A stretch of DNA of 64,000 nt. It comes from Thermoanaerobaculia bacterium. Its GTDB lineage: Bacteria > Acidobacteriota > Thermoanaerobaculia > Multivoradales > J023. Below are positions 31,047-41,736 of the stretch, piece after piece; the stretch's first letter is position 1; the number at the start of each line of letters is the position of its first letter. The DNA lies in the NCBI GenBank assembly GCA_028066595.1, contig JALCBJ010000005.1, positions 43,933-107,932 on the forward strand. Reading direction: 5' to 3'. A model generated the notes under the pieces. It was not told the origin of the DNA, did not search any database, and was given only the letters and a program-made list of their open reading frames with translations. A program made the position numbers and the translations under genes.

Positions 31047-31633
31047 ATTCTTCGGCGAGGCCTTGGCCCAGATTCGCTCGCCAGATATCCGGCACGCAGG
31101 TTCGAGCGATTGAGACCTCCGTAGGGCATGGCACGCGAAAGTCGTGGAGTGCATGACGGCCGGGTGTGGGTGACGGCTTCCTCGATCGAGCCGCGGCATC
31201 CTCACCGAGGTGACCTGGTTGGGTGACGGTGCCAACTCAAGAGTGAGCGCTCGGTTGACGCTCCGGTGAGGTCGACCGTCCGTCCAGACGACCCGAGCCG
31301 AGCGAGCGGCCATTCACTCGTAGACGGGTGCCCGTCGTCCCGTGCTCCTTGAGCATCTGTGGCGAGAACGATAATCTCGCACTCCTTCCGATGAAGCGGT
31401 CCCCATCCGACCGTGTCCAGCGACCCCGATCTGGCATCCTCGTTGCTTCACGGAACGGCATGTCGTCTGGAGCTGGGTCGCGGACGTCCCCTCGTCAAAG
31501 TCCGATCCGCATCTCCATTTCGGCCCACCGACAGCCTCACTGCCCGCTTCCCCGAGACGCGGTCGCCCTTCGAGCCAAGGAGCCCCAGGTGCTTCGAACC
31601 GACTCGCCACGAAAGACCCCGAATCGTGTCCTC

Positions 31634-34030
31634 TTGAAGGCTCGTTTCATTGTGCTGATGTTTGCGTTGCTGGCGCTACCGGATGTCATCGGGGCACAGA
31701 CCCAGCGCTACGACGGGCTGCCGATCCGGCAAGTGGAGTACGTGGGCAACGAGACTCTGGCCACCGACACGCTCGACTACTACTTGTTCGGCCCCGATCG
31801 CGGCGAGGGCCGCACTCTGGACCTCACGGAGCTGAACGAGAACATCAAGAAGCTGTGGCAACGTGAGCTGATCGAAGACATCGAAGTCGATGCGGAGCCT
31901 GCTACGGACGGCGGTGTGAAACTGACGGTCCGTCTGAAAGAGCGACCGGTCTTGATCGGCGTCGAGTACGTCGGCACCAAACGGGTGAGTCGCAGTGACA
32001 TCATCGAGGCCGCAGATCGCGAGCGGGTTTCGGTATTCGAAGGCCAGCCCCTCAAGTTCGGCGAGTTGGAGCGCATGACACGGGTGCTCCAAGAGCTCTA
32101 CAAGGAGAAGGGATATCGCTTTGCCCAGGTGGACTACGTACTGGAGAGCGTGACACCAGGCCAACAGCGCGTGACCTTCACTGTCGACGAGGGCGACAAA
32201 GTCAAGATTGGCGATATCGACTTCGACGGCAACACGGTGTTCGGAGACTGGCGGCTTCGGCTGACGATGAAGGAGACGAAAGAGTCGGGGCTCATCTCGC
32301 GCTTCACGAAGAAGGACATCTACAATCCCGCGACGATCGAGGAGGACCTCGACAAGGTCCGTGATCTCTATCGACGCCAGGGATACAAGGATGTGCTCAT
32401 CGCGAGGCCGGAGTTGGAGGTCGTGGCCAAGAACCCGGGAGCGCCATCGATCGAGGAGCAGAAGCGTCGCTTGGCGATCACGATTCCGATCGAGGAAGGC
32501 GAGCGGTGGAAGCTCGGAGAAGTCCGCATCGAAGGCAACGAGGTCTTTTCCGACGAGTTGCTCCTAGGGCAGATCGACCGGCCCCGCGGAGGCTGGCTGC
32601 GATCCAAAGTGATCGACGAAGCCGTGGAGAATATCTCCAAGCTCTACTCTTCGATCGGCTACATCTTCGCTCGTGTCGAGACCGAGCTCATCGAGGCGGG
32701 GGACAGCAGCGTCGACGTGGTGATCCACATCGACGAGTCAGATCAGTTCACCATCGGGCGCATCGAGTTCCGTGGCAACACCAAGACCCGCGACAAGGTG
32801 CTGCGACGCGAGATGCTGGTGCAGGAAGGCCGGGTCATGAGCATGACCGGCGTGCAGAACAGCTTGCTCAAGATCCGTCAGCTGAACTACTTCGCCCTCA
32901 ACGAAGAGGAACCGGTCAAGTTCGATTTCGACGCCGAGAACAAGACGGTAGACCTCGAGATTCAAGGTGAGGAAGCCGAGCGGACCGAGCTTCAGTTCGG
33001 CGGCGGTTGGTCGGAGGTCGATGGGTTCTTCGGCCAGTTCTCGATGCGCACGACGAACTTCCTCGGCAGGGGCGAGACGGTAGGTGTCTCCATCCAAGCC
33101 GGCAGCCAGCGCCAGTCCTACGACGTCGAATACCGCAAGCCCTGGTTGCTGGATCGGCCTCAAACGCTCGGAATCCGTCTGTTCAATCAGCAGTACGACT
33201 CGACCGTGCTCACGGGCATCGATTTCGAACAGGACTTCTCGGGCGCTTCGCTCACCTACGGCCGGTCCTTCCGCAGCTTCCAGAGCTTCAGCATGACCTA
33301 CTCGTTCTCTGACGTCACCGAGACGCAGATCGACCGGACGGGAGAAGAGGAGCTACGACGGGTCCTCGATTTCATCACGTCGTCGCTCCGCCCCTTCTGG
33401 ATCCGCAACACCCTCGATAGCACCTACGAGCCCACCCGTGGCCTGCGCACGACGGCGTCGCTCGAATGGGCTGGCGGCGAGCTCGGTGGGGATAGTGCAT
33501 TCATCCGTCCCATGGTGAACCTCACCTGGTTCAGGCCTGTCAGCAGGCAGCCCTTCCGCTCGTCGTTTGGCATCAATTTCGAGGCTGGAGCCATCGAGCC
33601 GACCGAGCTGAACGAAGATGGCAGCCCGAAGATCTTCCCGCAGCAGTTCTTCATCATCGGTGGTGACAACTCGATCCGCGGCTTCGATCGCGGCTCGATT
33701 TTCGTTCGTGAAGACACGCCGGAACGACAGATCCGTCGCGATCCTCAGGGATTCCCGGTGGGTGGCGACAGCTTCCTGCAGCTCAACTTGGAGTACCACA
33801 TCCAACTGGGTGGCCCGTTTCGCGTCGTGCTCTTCGGAGATGCCGGCGGAGTTTTCGGCGACGATCAGACGATCAGCACGGATCTTCTCCGTTATAGTGC
33901 CGGCGCCGAAGTTCGCGTCCGTGTGCCGATTTTTCCCGCGCCCCTGCGATTCATCTACGCTTTCAATCTCGAAGAACTACCGGACGACCGCTTCAACAGC
34001 TTTGACTTCAGTTTGAGCACGTCGTTCTGA
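31634..34030 (+). CDS. bamA: outer membrane protein assembly factor BamA (POTRA x5 + beta-barrel)
   Basis: Signal peptide from TTG 31634 (or ATG 31658). POTRA repeats. C-terminal barrel ending in '...FSLSTSF'. Confidence 0.9.
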   Translation: MKARFIVLMFALLALPDVIGAQTQRYDGLPIRQVEYVGNETLATDTLDYYLFGPDRGEGRTLDLTELNENIKKLWQRELIEDIEVDAEPATDGGVKLTVRLKERPVLIGVEYVGTKRVSRSDIIEAADRERVSVFEGQPLKFGELERMTRVLQELYKEKGYRFAQVDYVLESVTPGQQRVTFTVDEGDKVKIGDIDFDGNTVFGDWRLRLTMKETKESGLISRFTKKDIYNPATIEEDLDKVRDLYRRQGYKDVLIARPELEVVAKNPGAPSIEEQKRRLAITIPIEEGERWKLGEVRIEGNEVFSDELLLGQIDRPRGGWLRSKVIDEAVENISKLYSSIGYIFARVETELIEAGDSSVDVVIHIDESDQFTIGRIEFRGNTKTRDKVLRREMLVQEGRVMSMTGVQNSLLKIRQLNYFALNEEEPVKFDFDAENKTVDLEIQGEEAERTELQFGGGWSEVDGFFGQFSMRTTNFLGRGETVGVSIQAGSQRQSYDVEYRKPWLLDRPQTLGIRLFNQQYDSTVLTGIDFEQDFSGASLTYGRSFRSFQSFSMTYSFSDVTETQIDRTGEEELRRVLDFITSSLRPFWIRNTLDSTYEPTRGLRTTASLEWAGGELGGDSAFIRPMVNLTWFRPVSRQPFRSSFGINFEAGAIEPTELNEDGSPKIFPQQFFIIGGDNSIRGFDRGSIFVREDTPERQIRRDPQGFPVGGDSFLQLNLEYHIQLGGPFRVVLFGDAGGVFGDDQTISTDLLRYSAGAEVRVRVPIFPAPLRFIYAFNLEELPDDRFNSFDFSLSTSF

Positions 34031-34135
34031 TCGAGTCGCCGGTCGTCGCCGGGTGGAGGGACCGGCGTCTCAAGGTGACTCATCGTTCGTCGGCGGTGCT
34101 CGTCGTGCCGCCCACCTGACTCAGGAGAATCATCC

Positions 34136-34705
34136 ATGAACTCGTTTCGCAACCCTCTCGCCCGTGTCCCCCACCTTTCGACCGCCGTCGTCCTCTTAGC
34201 GACCCTCGGCGCCACCTGCTGGCTGGCGCTGCCGGCTACAGCCCAGGAGGCCAGCATCAAGATCGCAGTCGTTGACCTCGAAGCGGTGGTCGCTCTATCT
34301 CCCGGGGGCAAGGCCCTGGGCAAGGAGCTGGAGGACTTCGAGGCGCAGGTGAAGGCCGAAGTAGAGCAGATGCGTGAGTCCGCTCGCGACATCCAGACGC
34401 GCATGCGCGATGGTGCCAATTCCCTCTCCGAAGACAAGCTAGCGGAGATGCAGAAGCAGCTGGAGGACCTCAACATCGCCATACGCCGCCTGGTCGACGA
34501 CAAGCAACGCGAAGGCCAGAAGAAGCAGCAGGAAGGCCTCCGAGAGATCGAGAAGCAGCTCGAACCGGTGTTCAACGCCATCCGCGACGAAGAGGGATAC
34601 GATCTGATCCTCAACCGTGTGCCCGGTGTCGTGGTCATGGCCGGCGAGCGAGTCGACATCACTCAGAAAGTGATCGACCGCCTGGAGGCGGAATCTGCAG
34701 GTTGA
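34136..34705 (+). CDS. skp: periplasmic chaperone Skp (OmpH)
   Basis: Signal peptide. Coiled-coil lysine/glutamate-rich body. Immediately 3' of bamA. Confidence 0.8.
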   Translation: MNSFRNPLARVPHLSTAVVLLATLGATCWLALPATAQEASIKIAVVDLEAVVALSPGGKALGKELEDFEAQVKAEVEQMRESARDIQTRMRDGANSLSEDKLAEMQKQLEDLNIAIRRLVDDKQREGQKKQQEGLREIEKQLEPVFNAIRDEEGYDLILNRVPGVVVMAGERVDITQKVIDRLEAESAG

Positions 34706-34711
34706 GGTCCG

Positions 34712-35836
34712 GTGAGCACCGCTTGGCAGCCGGTCCGAGACGCCTCGGGTAGCTCACGCCGGCTAACTCTCGACGATCTCGCCCGGCGGGTAGATGGTCG
34801 TCTGGAGGGCGTATCGGACCCTGAACAGGAGATCGAGGGCGTCCGTCCTCTCGAGTCGGCGGCGGAAAGCGATCTTTCCTTCGTACATGCGGGTTCCTAT
34901 CTGAAACAGGCAGCATCCAGCCGCGCTGCTGCCTTTCTGATACCCGAGTCCTTGGATCCGACCGCGGTGGCGGCGGAGCTGGGCGAGCGGCCCCGCATCG
35001 TCGTTCGGAGCAGCCAGTTGGCGGTGGCTCAGGCCTTGGACGAGTTCTTCGTTCTACCCCGCCCGTCGCCTGGGGTTCACCCAACTGCGGTGGTCGGGAA
35101 AGATTGTGAGCTCGGTGAAGGCGTTGCGATCGGGCCCTACGCTGTCATCGGAGACGGGTGCCATCTGGCTGACGGCGTTGTGGTCGAAGCACACACGGTG
35201 GTGGGACGCGACTGTGTCGTGGGCACGGACTCGTGGCTCCACGCGAACTGTGTCCTCTACGACGGCAGTGTGTTGGGAGAACGAGTACGTGTTCATTCCG
35301 GCGCCATCGTCGGGGGACATGGATTCGGCTACGCCTCGGTCGCCGGCATTCATCACAAGATTCCGCAAGTGGGTCGCGCGGTGCTCGGTGACGACGTCGA
35401 GGTCGGTTGCGGTTCGGCCGTCGATCGCGCCTTGGTGGACGAGACGCGGATCGGCGAGGGCACCAAGATCGACAACCAGGTCCAGGTCGGCCACAACGTC
35501 CGCACCGGACGCGGCTGCTTGCTTTGCGGGCAGGCTGGTATCGGCGGAACCGCCAGGCTCGGAGATCACGTCGTACTGGCCGGCCAGGTCGGTGTGGTGG
35601 ACCATGCCCAGCTGGGTGATGGCGTCAGCGTAGCTGCAGGATCCAAGGTGCTGCGTAGCGTGGACGCAGGACGGACGCTCGGTGGAGCTCCCCGTGTGCA
35701 GGACATCGGCGATTGGCGGCGTGCTTCGTCGGCTGTGACGCGTTTGCCCGAGTTGCTACGACGGGTCAAGAGGTTGGAGAGGCAGCTCGCAGAGCTATCT
35801 AGCCGTTCCTCATCGGAGTCGGACGACCGCTCGTAA
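34712..35836 (+). CDS. lpxD: UDP-3-O-(3-hydroxyacyl)glucosamine N-acyltransferase
   Basis: GTG start. Left-handed beta-helix hexapeptide repeats. LpxD N-terminal domain. Confidence 0.9.
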   Translation: MSTAWQPVRDASGSSRRLTLDDLARRVDGRLEGVSDPEQEIEGVRPLESAAESDLSFVHAGSYLKQAASSRAAAFLIPESLDPTAVAAELGERPRIVVRSSQLAVAQALDEFFVLPRPSPGVHPTAVVGKDCELGEGVAIGPYAVIGDGCHLADGVVVEAHTVVGRDCVVGTDSWLHANCVLYDGSVLGERVRVHSGAIVGGHGFGYASVAGIHHKIPQVGRAVLGDDVEVGCGSAVDRALVDETRIGEGTKIDNQVQVGHNVRTGRGCLLCGQAGIGGTARLGDHVVLAGQVGVVDHAQLGDGVSVAAGSKVLRSVDAGRTLGGAPRVQDIGDWRRASSAVTRLPELLRRVKRLERQLAELSSRSSSESDDRS

Positions 35837-36040
35837 CAGGTCGGCAGCCTTCCGACGACGAGGTGGCGATCCGATGCTGGTAGGCCGGACTCCTCGAGCT
35901 GCTTCCGTCGATCGCCTCGATCTCCGCGAGCCGCTTTCGTAGCAGGCCGAGGGGTTCTACAATGGCCGTCCCGCAAGACGAGTTCGCTTGGCGGCGATGC
36001 TCTGCCGGCCAAGCTTCACCCGATTCTCCCGGAGATCGAC

Positions 36041-36517
36041 GTGTCAGACACGAACGAAACGAATCACGACGCTGGCGGCGCCATGGACATCGGCTGGATC
36101 ATGAACGTCCTGCCGCACCGCTACCCGCTGCTGCTGCTAGACCGTGTGCTGGAGATGGAGTACGGCCAGCGTGTCGTGGCGCTGAAGAACGTCACGTTCA
36201 ATGAGGCGGTCTTCCAAGGCCACTTTCCCGGTCATCCCGTGTACCCAGGGGTTTACCTGATCGAGGGTATGGCGCAGGCCGGGGGGATCTTGCTGCTGTC
36301 TAAGTACTCGGAAGAGGAGAGAGCTTCCAAGCTGCTCTATTTCACGGCTATCGAGCGGGCCCGCTTTCGACGACCCGTGGTGCCGGGAGATCAGGTGCGT
36401 TTCGAGATCGAGGTCGTTCGCCACCGGGGCAACGTCGGAAAGCTGACCGGCAGAGCGCTGGTGAATGGAAACGTTGCAGCGGAGGCGAAACTGTCGTCCA
36501 CGATGGTGGACCGCTGA
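36041..36517 (+). CDS. fabZ: 3-hydroxyacyl-ACP dehydratase FabZ
   Basis: 'LPHRYPLLLLDRV' and 'HFPGHPVYPGV' hotdog-fold motifs. GTG at 36041 with GGAG RBS (alternative ATG at 36083). Confidence 0.9.
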   Translation: MSDTNETNHDAGGAMDIGWIMNVLPHRYPLLLLDRVLEMEYGQRVVALKNVTFNEAVFQGHFPGHPVYPGVYLIEGMAQAGGILLLSKYSEEERASKLLYFTAIERARFRRPVVPGDQVRFEIEVVRHRGNVGKLTGRALVNGNVAAEAKLSSTMVDR

Positions 36518-36525
36518 GGCGCACG

Positions 36526-37365
36526 GTGGTCGATATCGACACGAGGTCGCGCAAGGAGACCCAGATCCACCCCACCGCGGTAGTGGATCCCGAAGCCGAG
36601 CTCGGCGTCGGAGTGGTATTGGGGCCGCATGCGGTCATAGGTCCTCGGGTCGAGGTGGGCGATCGATGTGTCGTCGATGCCGGTGCCTATCTTCGGGGTC
36701 CGCTGAGGCTGGGCGAGGAGAACCGGATCTACAGCGGAGCCTGCATCGGCTTTGATCCTCAGGACCTGAAGTTCGGCGGTGAGGAGACCTGGCTCGAGGT
36801 CGGCTCCAACAATCACTTCCGAGAGCATGCGACCGCTCAAAGGGGCACCGGGAAAGGCGGCGGAGTCACCAGGATCGGCAGTCATGGACTGTTCATGGTC
36901 GGCGCCCACGTGGCCCACGATTGCCTGGTCGGCGATCACGTCATCTTTGCGAATCAGGGCACTCTCGCGGGGCACGTGGAAGTGCAGGACCATGCCACCG
37001 TGGGAGCTTTCGCCTCGGTGCACCAGTTTTGCCGTGTCGGTGCCTATGCCTATATCGGGGGCTACTCGGTGATCACTCGCGATGTGCTTCCGTTTGTCAA
37101 GACTGTAGGGATCAAACCCGCCTGCTACGGACTCAACAAGATCGGCCTGCAGCGCAAGGGCTTCGGCGAAGACGAGCTGCAAGGGTTAGAGCGCGCCTAT
37201 CGGCTGTTGGTTCGTTCGGGACTGCGGAGGCGGGACGCGTTGGAGCAGATCGAAGACGAGCTGGGTGCCCAGCCGCGTGTTCGTTTCCTGCTCGATTTCG
37301 TCACCTCGTCGCAGCGAGGTGTGGTCGCAGAAACACCACGGAAGAAAAGCGGGCGCGGAGCCTGA
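36526..37365 (+). CDS. lpxA: acyl-ACP--UDP-N-acetylglucosamine O-acyltransferase
   Basis: GTG start. 'IHPTAVVDP' plus hexapeptide repeats. Confidence 0.9.
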   Translation: MVDIDTRSRKETQIHPTAVVDPEAELGVGVVLGPHAVIGPRVEVGDRCVVDAGAYLRGPLRLGEENRIYSGACIGFDPQDLKFGGEETWLEVGSNNHFREHATAQRGTGKGGGVTRIGSHGLFMVGAHVAHDCLVGDHVIFANQGTLAGHVEVQDHATVGAFASVHQFCRVGAYAYIGGYSVITRDVLPFVKTVGIKPACYGLNKIGLQRKGFGEDELQGLERAYRLLVRSGLRRRDALEQIEDELGAQPRVRFLLDFVTSSQRGVVAETPRKKSGRGA

Positions 37366-37390
37366 GATCAGCAGATAAGGACCCCCCAAC

Positions 37391-38398
37391 ATGAGCAAGA
37401 AGAAGTCGACCGTGCACGACACCCGACCGGTCGGGCCACGGGCGCCGGACGGCAAGCCGCGACTGCGGGTCGGTGTCGTCGGTACCGGCCATATGGGCAA
37501 AAACCACGTGAGGGTGCTGTCGGAGATCCCCGACGCCATGCTCGTGGGCATCTACGATCAGAAACCCGAAGTCGCAGCGGAGCTCGCTCGGCGCTTCGAC
37601 ACCACCTCGTTCGCCAGTCCAGAAGACCTCTGGCAGGAAGCAGATGCGGTGGTGTTGGCTGTGCCCACCTTCGCCCACGTCAACCTCGGCGTGGAGCTAC
37701 TCCAGCGTGGCTTGCACGTTTTGGTGGAGAAACCGATTGCGTCGAGTCTGGAAGAGGCCGACCAGCTGATCGCGGCCTGTGGCCCCGAGCAGATTCTGTC
37801 CATCGGACACGTGGAGTTTTACAACCCGGCCGTGCAGGCGGTGCTCGACCTGGAGGTCGTTCCACGTTTCATCGAGGCGCAGCGGCTTTCGCCATTCACA
37901 CCTCGTAGCCTCGACGTCGACGTGTTGCTGGATCTGATGATCCATGATCTCCAGTTGCTGCACGCCATGGACCCGAGCCCTGTGAAAGAGGTTCGCTGTA
38001 CTGGCATCGACGTCCTTTCTTCCAAGGTCGACATCGCGTCAGCGCGTATCGAGCTGGAGTCGGGTGCCACCGCCAACATCACCGCATCACGGGTCAGCGG
38101 CGAGCCGGTGCGCAAGCTGCGCGTCTTTGCTCATCACCGCTATTTCTCAGTCGACTACCGCGAACAGGACGTGAAGGGTTTCGGCCTGGTGAAGAAGGCG
38201 GACGAGAGCCGCGTCATCGTTCCGGAGGAAGTACCGGTCGAACGAGCCGAGCCCCTTCGGGCCGAGCTCGATGCGTTCGTCGCCGCCTGTCGCGGCACAC
38301 CGGACGTCCGATATGTCGATGGCCCGCAAGGACGTAGGGCGCTCGAGACCGCTTTGGCGGTCCGCGATGCCATCGGCGCACCGTCCAACGGAGGATGA
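37391..38398 (+). CDS. Gfo/Idh/MocA-family NAD(P)-dependent oxidoreductase inside the lpx cluster (GnnA-like candidate)
   Basis: Rossmann 'VGVVGTGHMGKNH'. 335 aa. It lies directly after lpxA, where gnnA sits in some lineages. Confidence 0.65.
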   Translation: MSKKKSTVHDTRPVGPRAPDGKPRLRVGVVGTGHMGKNHVRVLSEIPDAMLVGIYDQKPEVAAELARRFDTTSFASPEDLWQEADAVVLAVPTFAHVNLGVELLQRGLHVLVEKPIASSLEEADQLIAACGPEQILSIGHVEFYNPAVQAVLDLEVVPRFIEAQRLSPFTPRSLDVDVLLDLMIHDLQLLHAMDPSPVKEVRCTGIDVLSSKVDIASARIELESGATANITASRVSGEPVRKLRVFAHHRYFSVDYREQDVKGFGLVKKADESRVIVPEEVPVERAEPLRAELDAFVAACRGTPDVRYVDGPQGRRALETALAVRDAIGAPSNGG

Positions 38399-38403
38399 CA
38401 CCT

Positions 38404-39327
38404 ATGAGCAAGTTCACGGGTTCCGTGCCGATCGGCGTCATCGGCGGCAGCGGTCTCTACACAATGGACTCTCTGGAAGTCTTGGAAGAGCGAGTCGTCG
38501 AGACACCGTTCGGTCAGCCATCCGACGCTTTGATCATCGGCCGCCTGGAAGACCTGGAGGTCGCCTTTCTGTCGCGCCACGGCCGCGGCCACCGTCTGAT
38601 GCCTTCCGAGTTGCCGTTTCGAGCGAACATTTGGGCGATGAAGTCGATCGGGGTGCGCTACTTGATCTCAGTGTCCGCCGTCGGATCGTTGCAAGAGGCC
38701 TACGCTCCGCGACACGTGGTAGTACCCGATCAGTTCATCGATCGCACACGCCACCGCCCCGACACGTTCTTCGGTGATGGATTGGTAGCTCACGTCGGAT
38801 TCGCTGATCCGGTGTGTCCGGTGCTCACCGATCTGATGGCGGACGCGGCAGAGGAGGCGTTCGAGGATTCTGGTAGCACGCCGGAAGAGGTCTCCGTACA
38901 CCGTGGAGGAACCTATGTCTGCATGGAAGGTCCGCAGTTCTCCACCCGAGCCGAGTCCTTTCTCTATCGCTCCTGGGGTGCGGACATCATCGGTATGACC
39001 AACTTGCAGGAAGCCAAGTTGGCTCGAGAGGCGGAGATCTGCTACGGGACCTTCGGCATGGTCACCGACTATGACTGCTGGCACGAAACCGAAGAGGATG
39101 TTACCGTCGAAGCCGTTCTCGAGATCCTGCGCGACAACGCCGCGACCGGACAAGCTGCCGTTCGCGGCACCGTTCGGCGCCTCGCCGAGGCGGGTCTCGA
39201 GCCGCGGGGAGACCATACGTGTCCCGATGCCCTGCGGACCGCCCTCATCACTCAACCTGACGTCGTACCCGCCGAAGCGGTCGAGCGACTTCGCCCGATC
39301 CTCGGCCGGTACTTTTCCGGGAGCTGA
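38404..39327 (+). CDS. mtnP: S-methyl-5'-thioadenosine phosphorylase
   Basis: PNP/MTAP fold: 'IGVIGGSGLY', 'MTNLQEAKLAREAEICYG'. The ATG at 38404 is better spaced from GGAGG than the one at 38395. Confidence 0.8.
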   Translation: MSKFTGSVPIGVIGGSGLYTMDSLEVLEERVVETPFGQPSDALIIGRLEDLEVAFLSRHGRGHRLMPSELPFRANIWAMKSIGVRYLISVSAVGSLQEAYAPRHVVVPDQFIDRTRHRPDTFFGDGLVAHVGFADPVCPVLTDLMADAAEEAFEDSGSTPEEVSVHRGGTYVCMEGPQFSTRAESFLYRSWGADIIGMTNLQEAKLAREAEICYGTFGMVTDYDCWHETEEDVTVEAVLEILRDNAATGQAAVRGTVRRLAEAGLEPRGDHTCPDALRTALITQPDVVPAEAVERLRPILGRYFSGS

Positions 39328-39402
39328 TCCGGCCAGCGGCCTGCCGTTCGAGGCAAGCTGGTATCCACGTCAATCCCACGGGTCGCCCCCTGAGGTTCCT
39401 GT

Positions 39403-40158
39403 TTGCGTATCCTGGTCACCAACGACGACGGAGTTTTCTCTGAAGGGCTGAAGTGCCTCGCACAGGCGATGACCGAAATCGCCGAAGTCGTCGTGGTGGC
39501 TCCGGATCGGGAGCAGAGTGCGTCGGGTCACTCGCTGACGTTGCATCGCCCGCTGCGCATGCGCAGGCTGCGTGAACATTGGTATTCCGTAGACGGTACG
39601 CCGACCGATTGCGTCAACATGGCGGTGCAAGGCGTGCTCAAGGAAGCTCCGCCGGACTTGGTGGTGTCGGGAATCAACTACGGCGTCAACATGGGTGACG
39701 ATGTCACGTATTCGGGAACGGTCTCGGCCGCCTTCGAAGCCAACATGCACCAGCTCCCTGCCGTTGCCTTCAGCCAAGAGGTGGGGGAGGGCTTCGACTT
39801 CGAACGTTCAGCGTCTTTCGCCCGTGAGCTGGTAGAGGTCCTGACCCGGGAGGATCTCCCCCAAGATCTGCTTCTCAACGTCAACTTTCCGGCGGAACGC
39901 TGTCGAGGTATCCGGTGGACCCGACTCGGCAAGCGCTACTACCAGCAGACGGTCGTCGAGAAGCTCGACCCCATGGGTCGCAAGTACTACTGGATCGCCG
40001 GCACCCCGCGTTGGGAAAGCCAGTCGGGAACCGATCACGAGGCGGTGACGGAAGGCTTTGCGTCGGTGACACCCCTCCACCTCGATCTCACCGACTATCG
40101 GAGCCTCGAGGAGTCGGCGCCGTTGCGCGACCGGCTCGAGCACCTGGAGTTGCGGTGA
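39403..40158 (+). CDS. surE: 5'/3'-nucleotidase SurE
   Basis: TTG start giving 'LRILVTNDDG'. Classical SurE N-terminus. Confidence 0.9.
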   Translation: MRILVTNDDGVFSEGLKCLAQAMTEIAEVVVVAPDREQSASGHSLTLHRPLRMRRLREHWYSVDGTPTDCVNMAVQGVLKEAPPDLVVSGINYGVNMGDDVTYSGTVSAAFEANMHQLPAVAFSQEVGEGFDFERSASFARELVEVLTREDLPQDLLLNVNFPAERCRGIRWTRLGKRYYQQTVVEKLDPMGRKYYWIAGTPRWESQSGTDHEAVTEGFASVTPLHLDLTDYRSLEESAPLRDRLEHLELR

Positions 40159-40229
40159 GGCCGGCGGTGGCGAAGGAACCAGTATCGAGCGCGGGCCGGT
40201 CTCGAGATCCCTTCGCCTATCGGCGAGAG

Positions 40230-40850
40230 ATGATGGTGCGAAAGCACCTGGAAGGCCGTGGGATCAAGGATCCACGGGTTCTCGAAGTCATGCGACAGGT
40301 GCCTCGCCACCTGTTCGTGCGAGAGACGCTGCAGACCCAGGCATACGCTGAGCACGCCCTGCCGATCGAGCAAGAACAGACGATCTCCCAGCCCTATATC
40401 GTGGCGCGGATGACCGAGGCCCTGGATGTCGAGCCCCACCATTCGGTTTTGGAGATCGGAACGGGTTCCGGCTACCAGACGGTTGTTCTAGCCTACCTGG
40501 CAGGTAGGGTCTATTCTCTCGAGCGCGTTCCGGAGCTGGCGCGAAAAGCCATCGAGCGGATCCGCCCGTTCCGACTCGACAACGTGAAGATCCAGGCTTT
40601 CGATGGAACCGTAGGCTGGTCCGACGTGGCGCCTTTCGATCGCATCCTGGTCACCGCTGGTGCGCCGGAGGTGCCGGAACCCCTGCTGGATCAGCTGGCG
40701 ACGCCCGGCAGGCTGGTGATCCCCGAGGGAGATCGCAACGAACAGACACTCGTGGTCTACGACAAGACGCAAACTAACCTCCACCGCACCGAGCTAGAGC
40801 CCGTGGCCTTCGTGCCGCTGATCGGGCGACACGGCTGGTCGGCGGATTGA
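40230..40850 (+). CDS. pcm: protein-L-isoaspartate O-methyltransferase
   Basis: 'EIGTGSGYQT' SAM motif. An alternative GTG start at 40155 overlaps the surE stop. Confidence 0.85.
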   Translation: MMVRKHLEGRGIKDPRVLEVMRQVPRHLFVRETLQTQAYAEHALPIEQEQTISQPYIVARMTEALDVEPHHSVLEIGTGSGYQTVVLAYLAGRVYSLERVPELARKAIERIRPFRLDNVKIQAFDGTVGWSDVAPFDRILVTAGAPEVPEPLLDQLATPGRLVIPEGDRNEQTLVVYDKTQTNLHRTELEPVAFVPLIGRHGWSAD

Positions 40851-40864
40851 TTTGAGGAGACTCC

Positions 40865-41167
40865 ATGGCGGAAGAAAAGAGAGCGATCAGATTCATGGTG
40901 GAAGGGCGGGTTCAGGGAGTGTCGTTCCGGTTCTACACGCGCGAGAACGCGGATCGGCTCGATCTGGTGGGATACGTCCGCAACCTCTCGGACGGCCGGC
41001 TCGAGGTCGTCGCTTACGGCACGGAGAAACACCTCGATGGGCTGGAAAAGAAGCTCCACAAGGGGCCGCGGATGGCCCGCATCGAGTCGATCGAGCGCGA
41101 AGAAGTCAGCGCCGAGGAATTGAAGGAGCTCGAGCAGCGAGACATCTTCGAGATCAAGCTCAACTGA
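40865..41167 (+). CDS. acyP: acylphosphatase
   Basis: 100 aa. '[15 protein letters not shown]...[14 protein letters not shown]' motifs. GAGGAG RBS. Confidence 0.8.
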   Translation: MAEEKRAIRFMVEGRVQGVSFRFYTRENADRLDLVGYVRNLSDGRLEVVAYGTEKHLDGLEKKLHKGPRMARIESIEREEVSAEELKELEQRDIFEIKLN

Positions 41168-41186
41168 CGTTCGACCAGAAACGCAC

Positions 41187-41705
41187 ATGGCTGAAGTACT
41201 CAAAGGGCTGATCCGCGAGATCCCCGATTTCCCGAAACCGGGCATCAACTTCTACGACATCACGACTCTGCTCAAGCATCCGGGCGGCTTGCGGACGACA
41301 GTCGACGAATTCGCACGCCTGTTCCACGGTCGCGTGTTCGACAAGGTGGTAGGCATCGAGTCGCGTGGCTTTCTCTTCGGGCCGCAGCTGGCGTATCAGT
41401 TCCATGCCGGTTTCGTACCCGTACGCAAGCCCGGCAAGTTGCCCGCGGAAACCGCCGAAGAACGCTATGAGCTGGAATACGGCATGGATCAGCTAGAAAT
41501 GCACCGCGACGCCGTCGAGGAGGGTGAGCGGGTATTGATCGTCGACGATGTCATCGCGACGGGAGGTACCGCCGTGGCCACAGCGAAGCTCGTGGAGTCG
41601 TGCGGTGGAACGGTCAGCGGGTTTGGATTCGTCGTCGAGCTGTCATTCTTGGCCGGACGCGAGCGGCTCTCTGGTTATGACGTCCAATCCTTGGTGAGCT
41701 ACTGA
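41187..41705 (+). CDS. apt: adenine phosphoribosyltransferase
   Basis: PRPP-binding '[13 protein letters not shown]'. 172 aa. Confidence 0.9.
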   Translation: MAEVLKGLIREIPDFPKPGINFYDITTLLKHPGGLRTTVDEFARLFHGRVFDKVVGIESRGFLFGPQLAYQFHAGFVPVRKPGKLPAETAEERYELEYGMDQLEMHRDAVEEGERVLIVDDVIATGGTAVATAKLVESCGGTVSGFGFVVELSFLAGRERLSGYDVQSLVSY

Positions 41706-41736
41706 CGGCGTACGTGGCGGACCGCACTGCCGGCGA

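Noticed and set aside
31047-31633. ORFs and possible promoter in the 590-bp region upstream of bamA
   Set aside because: The ORFs are non-conserved GC-frame artefacts. A TTGAGC-N15/16-GATAAT element near 31349-31375 is only a weak promoter guess, not reported as a feature.
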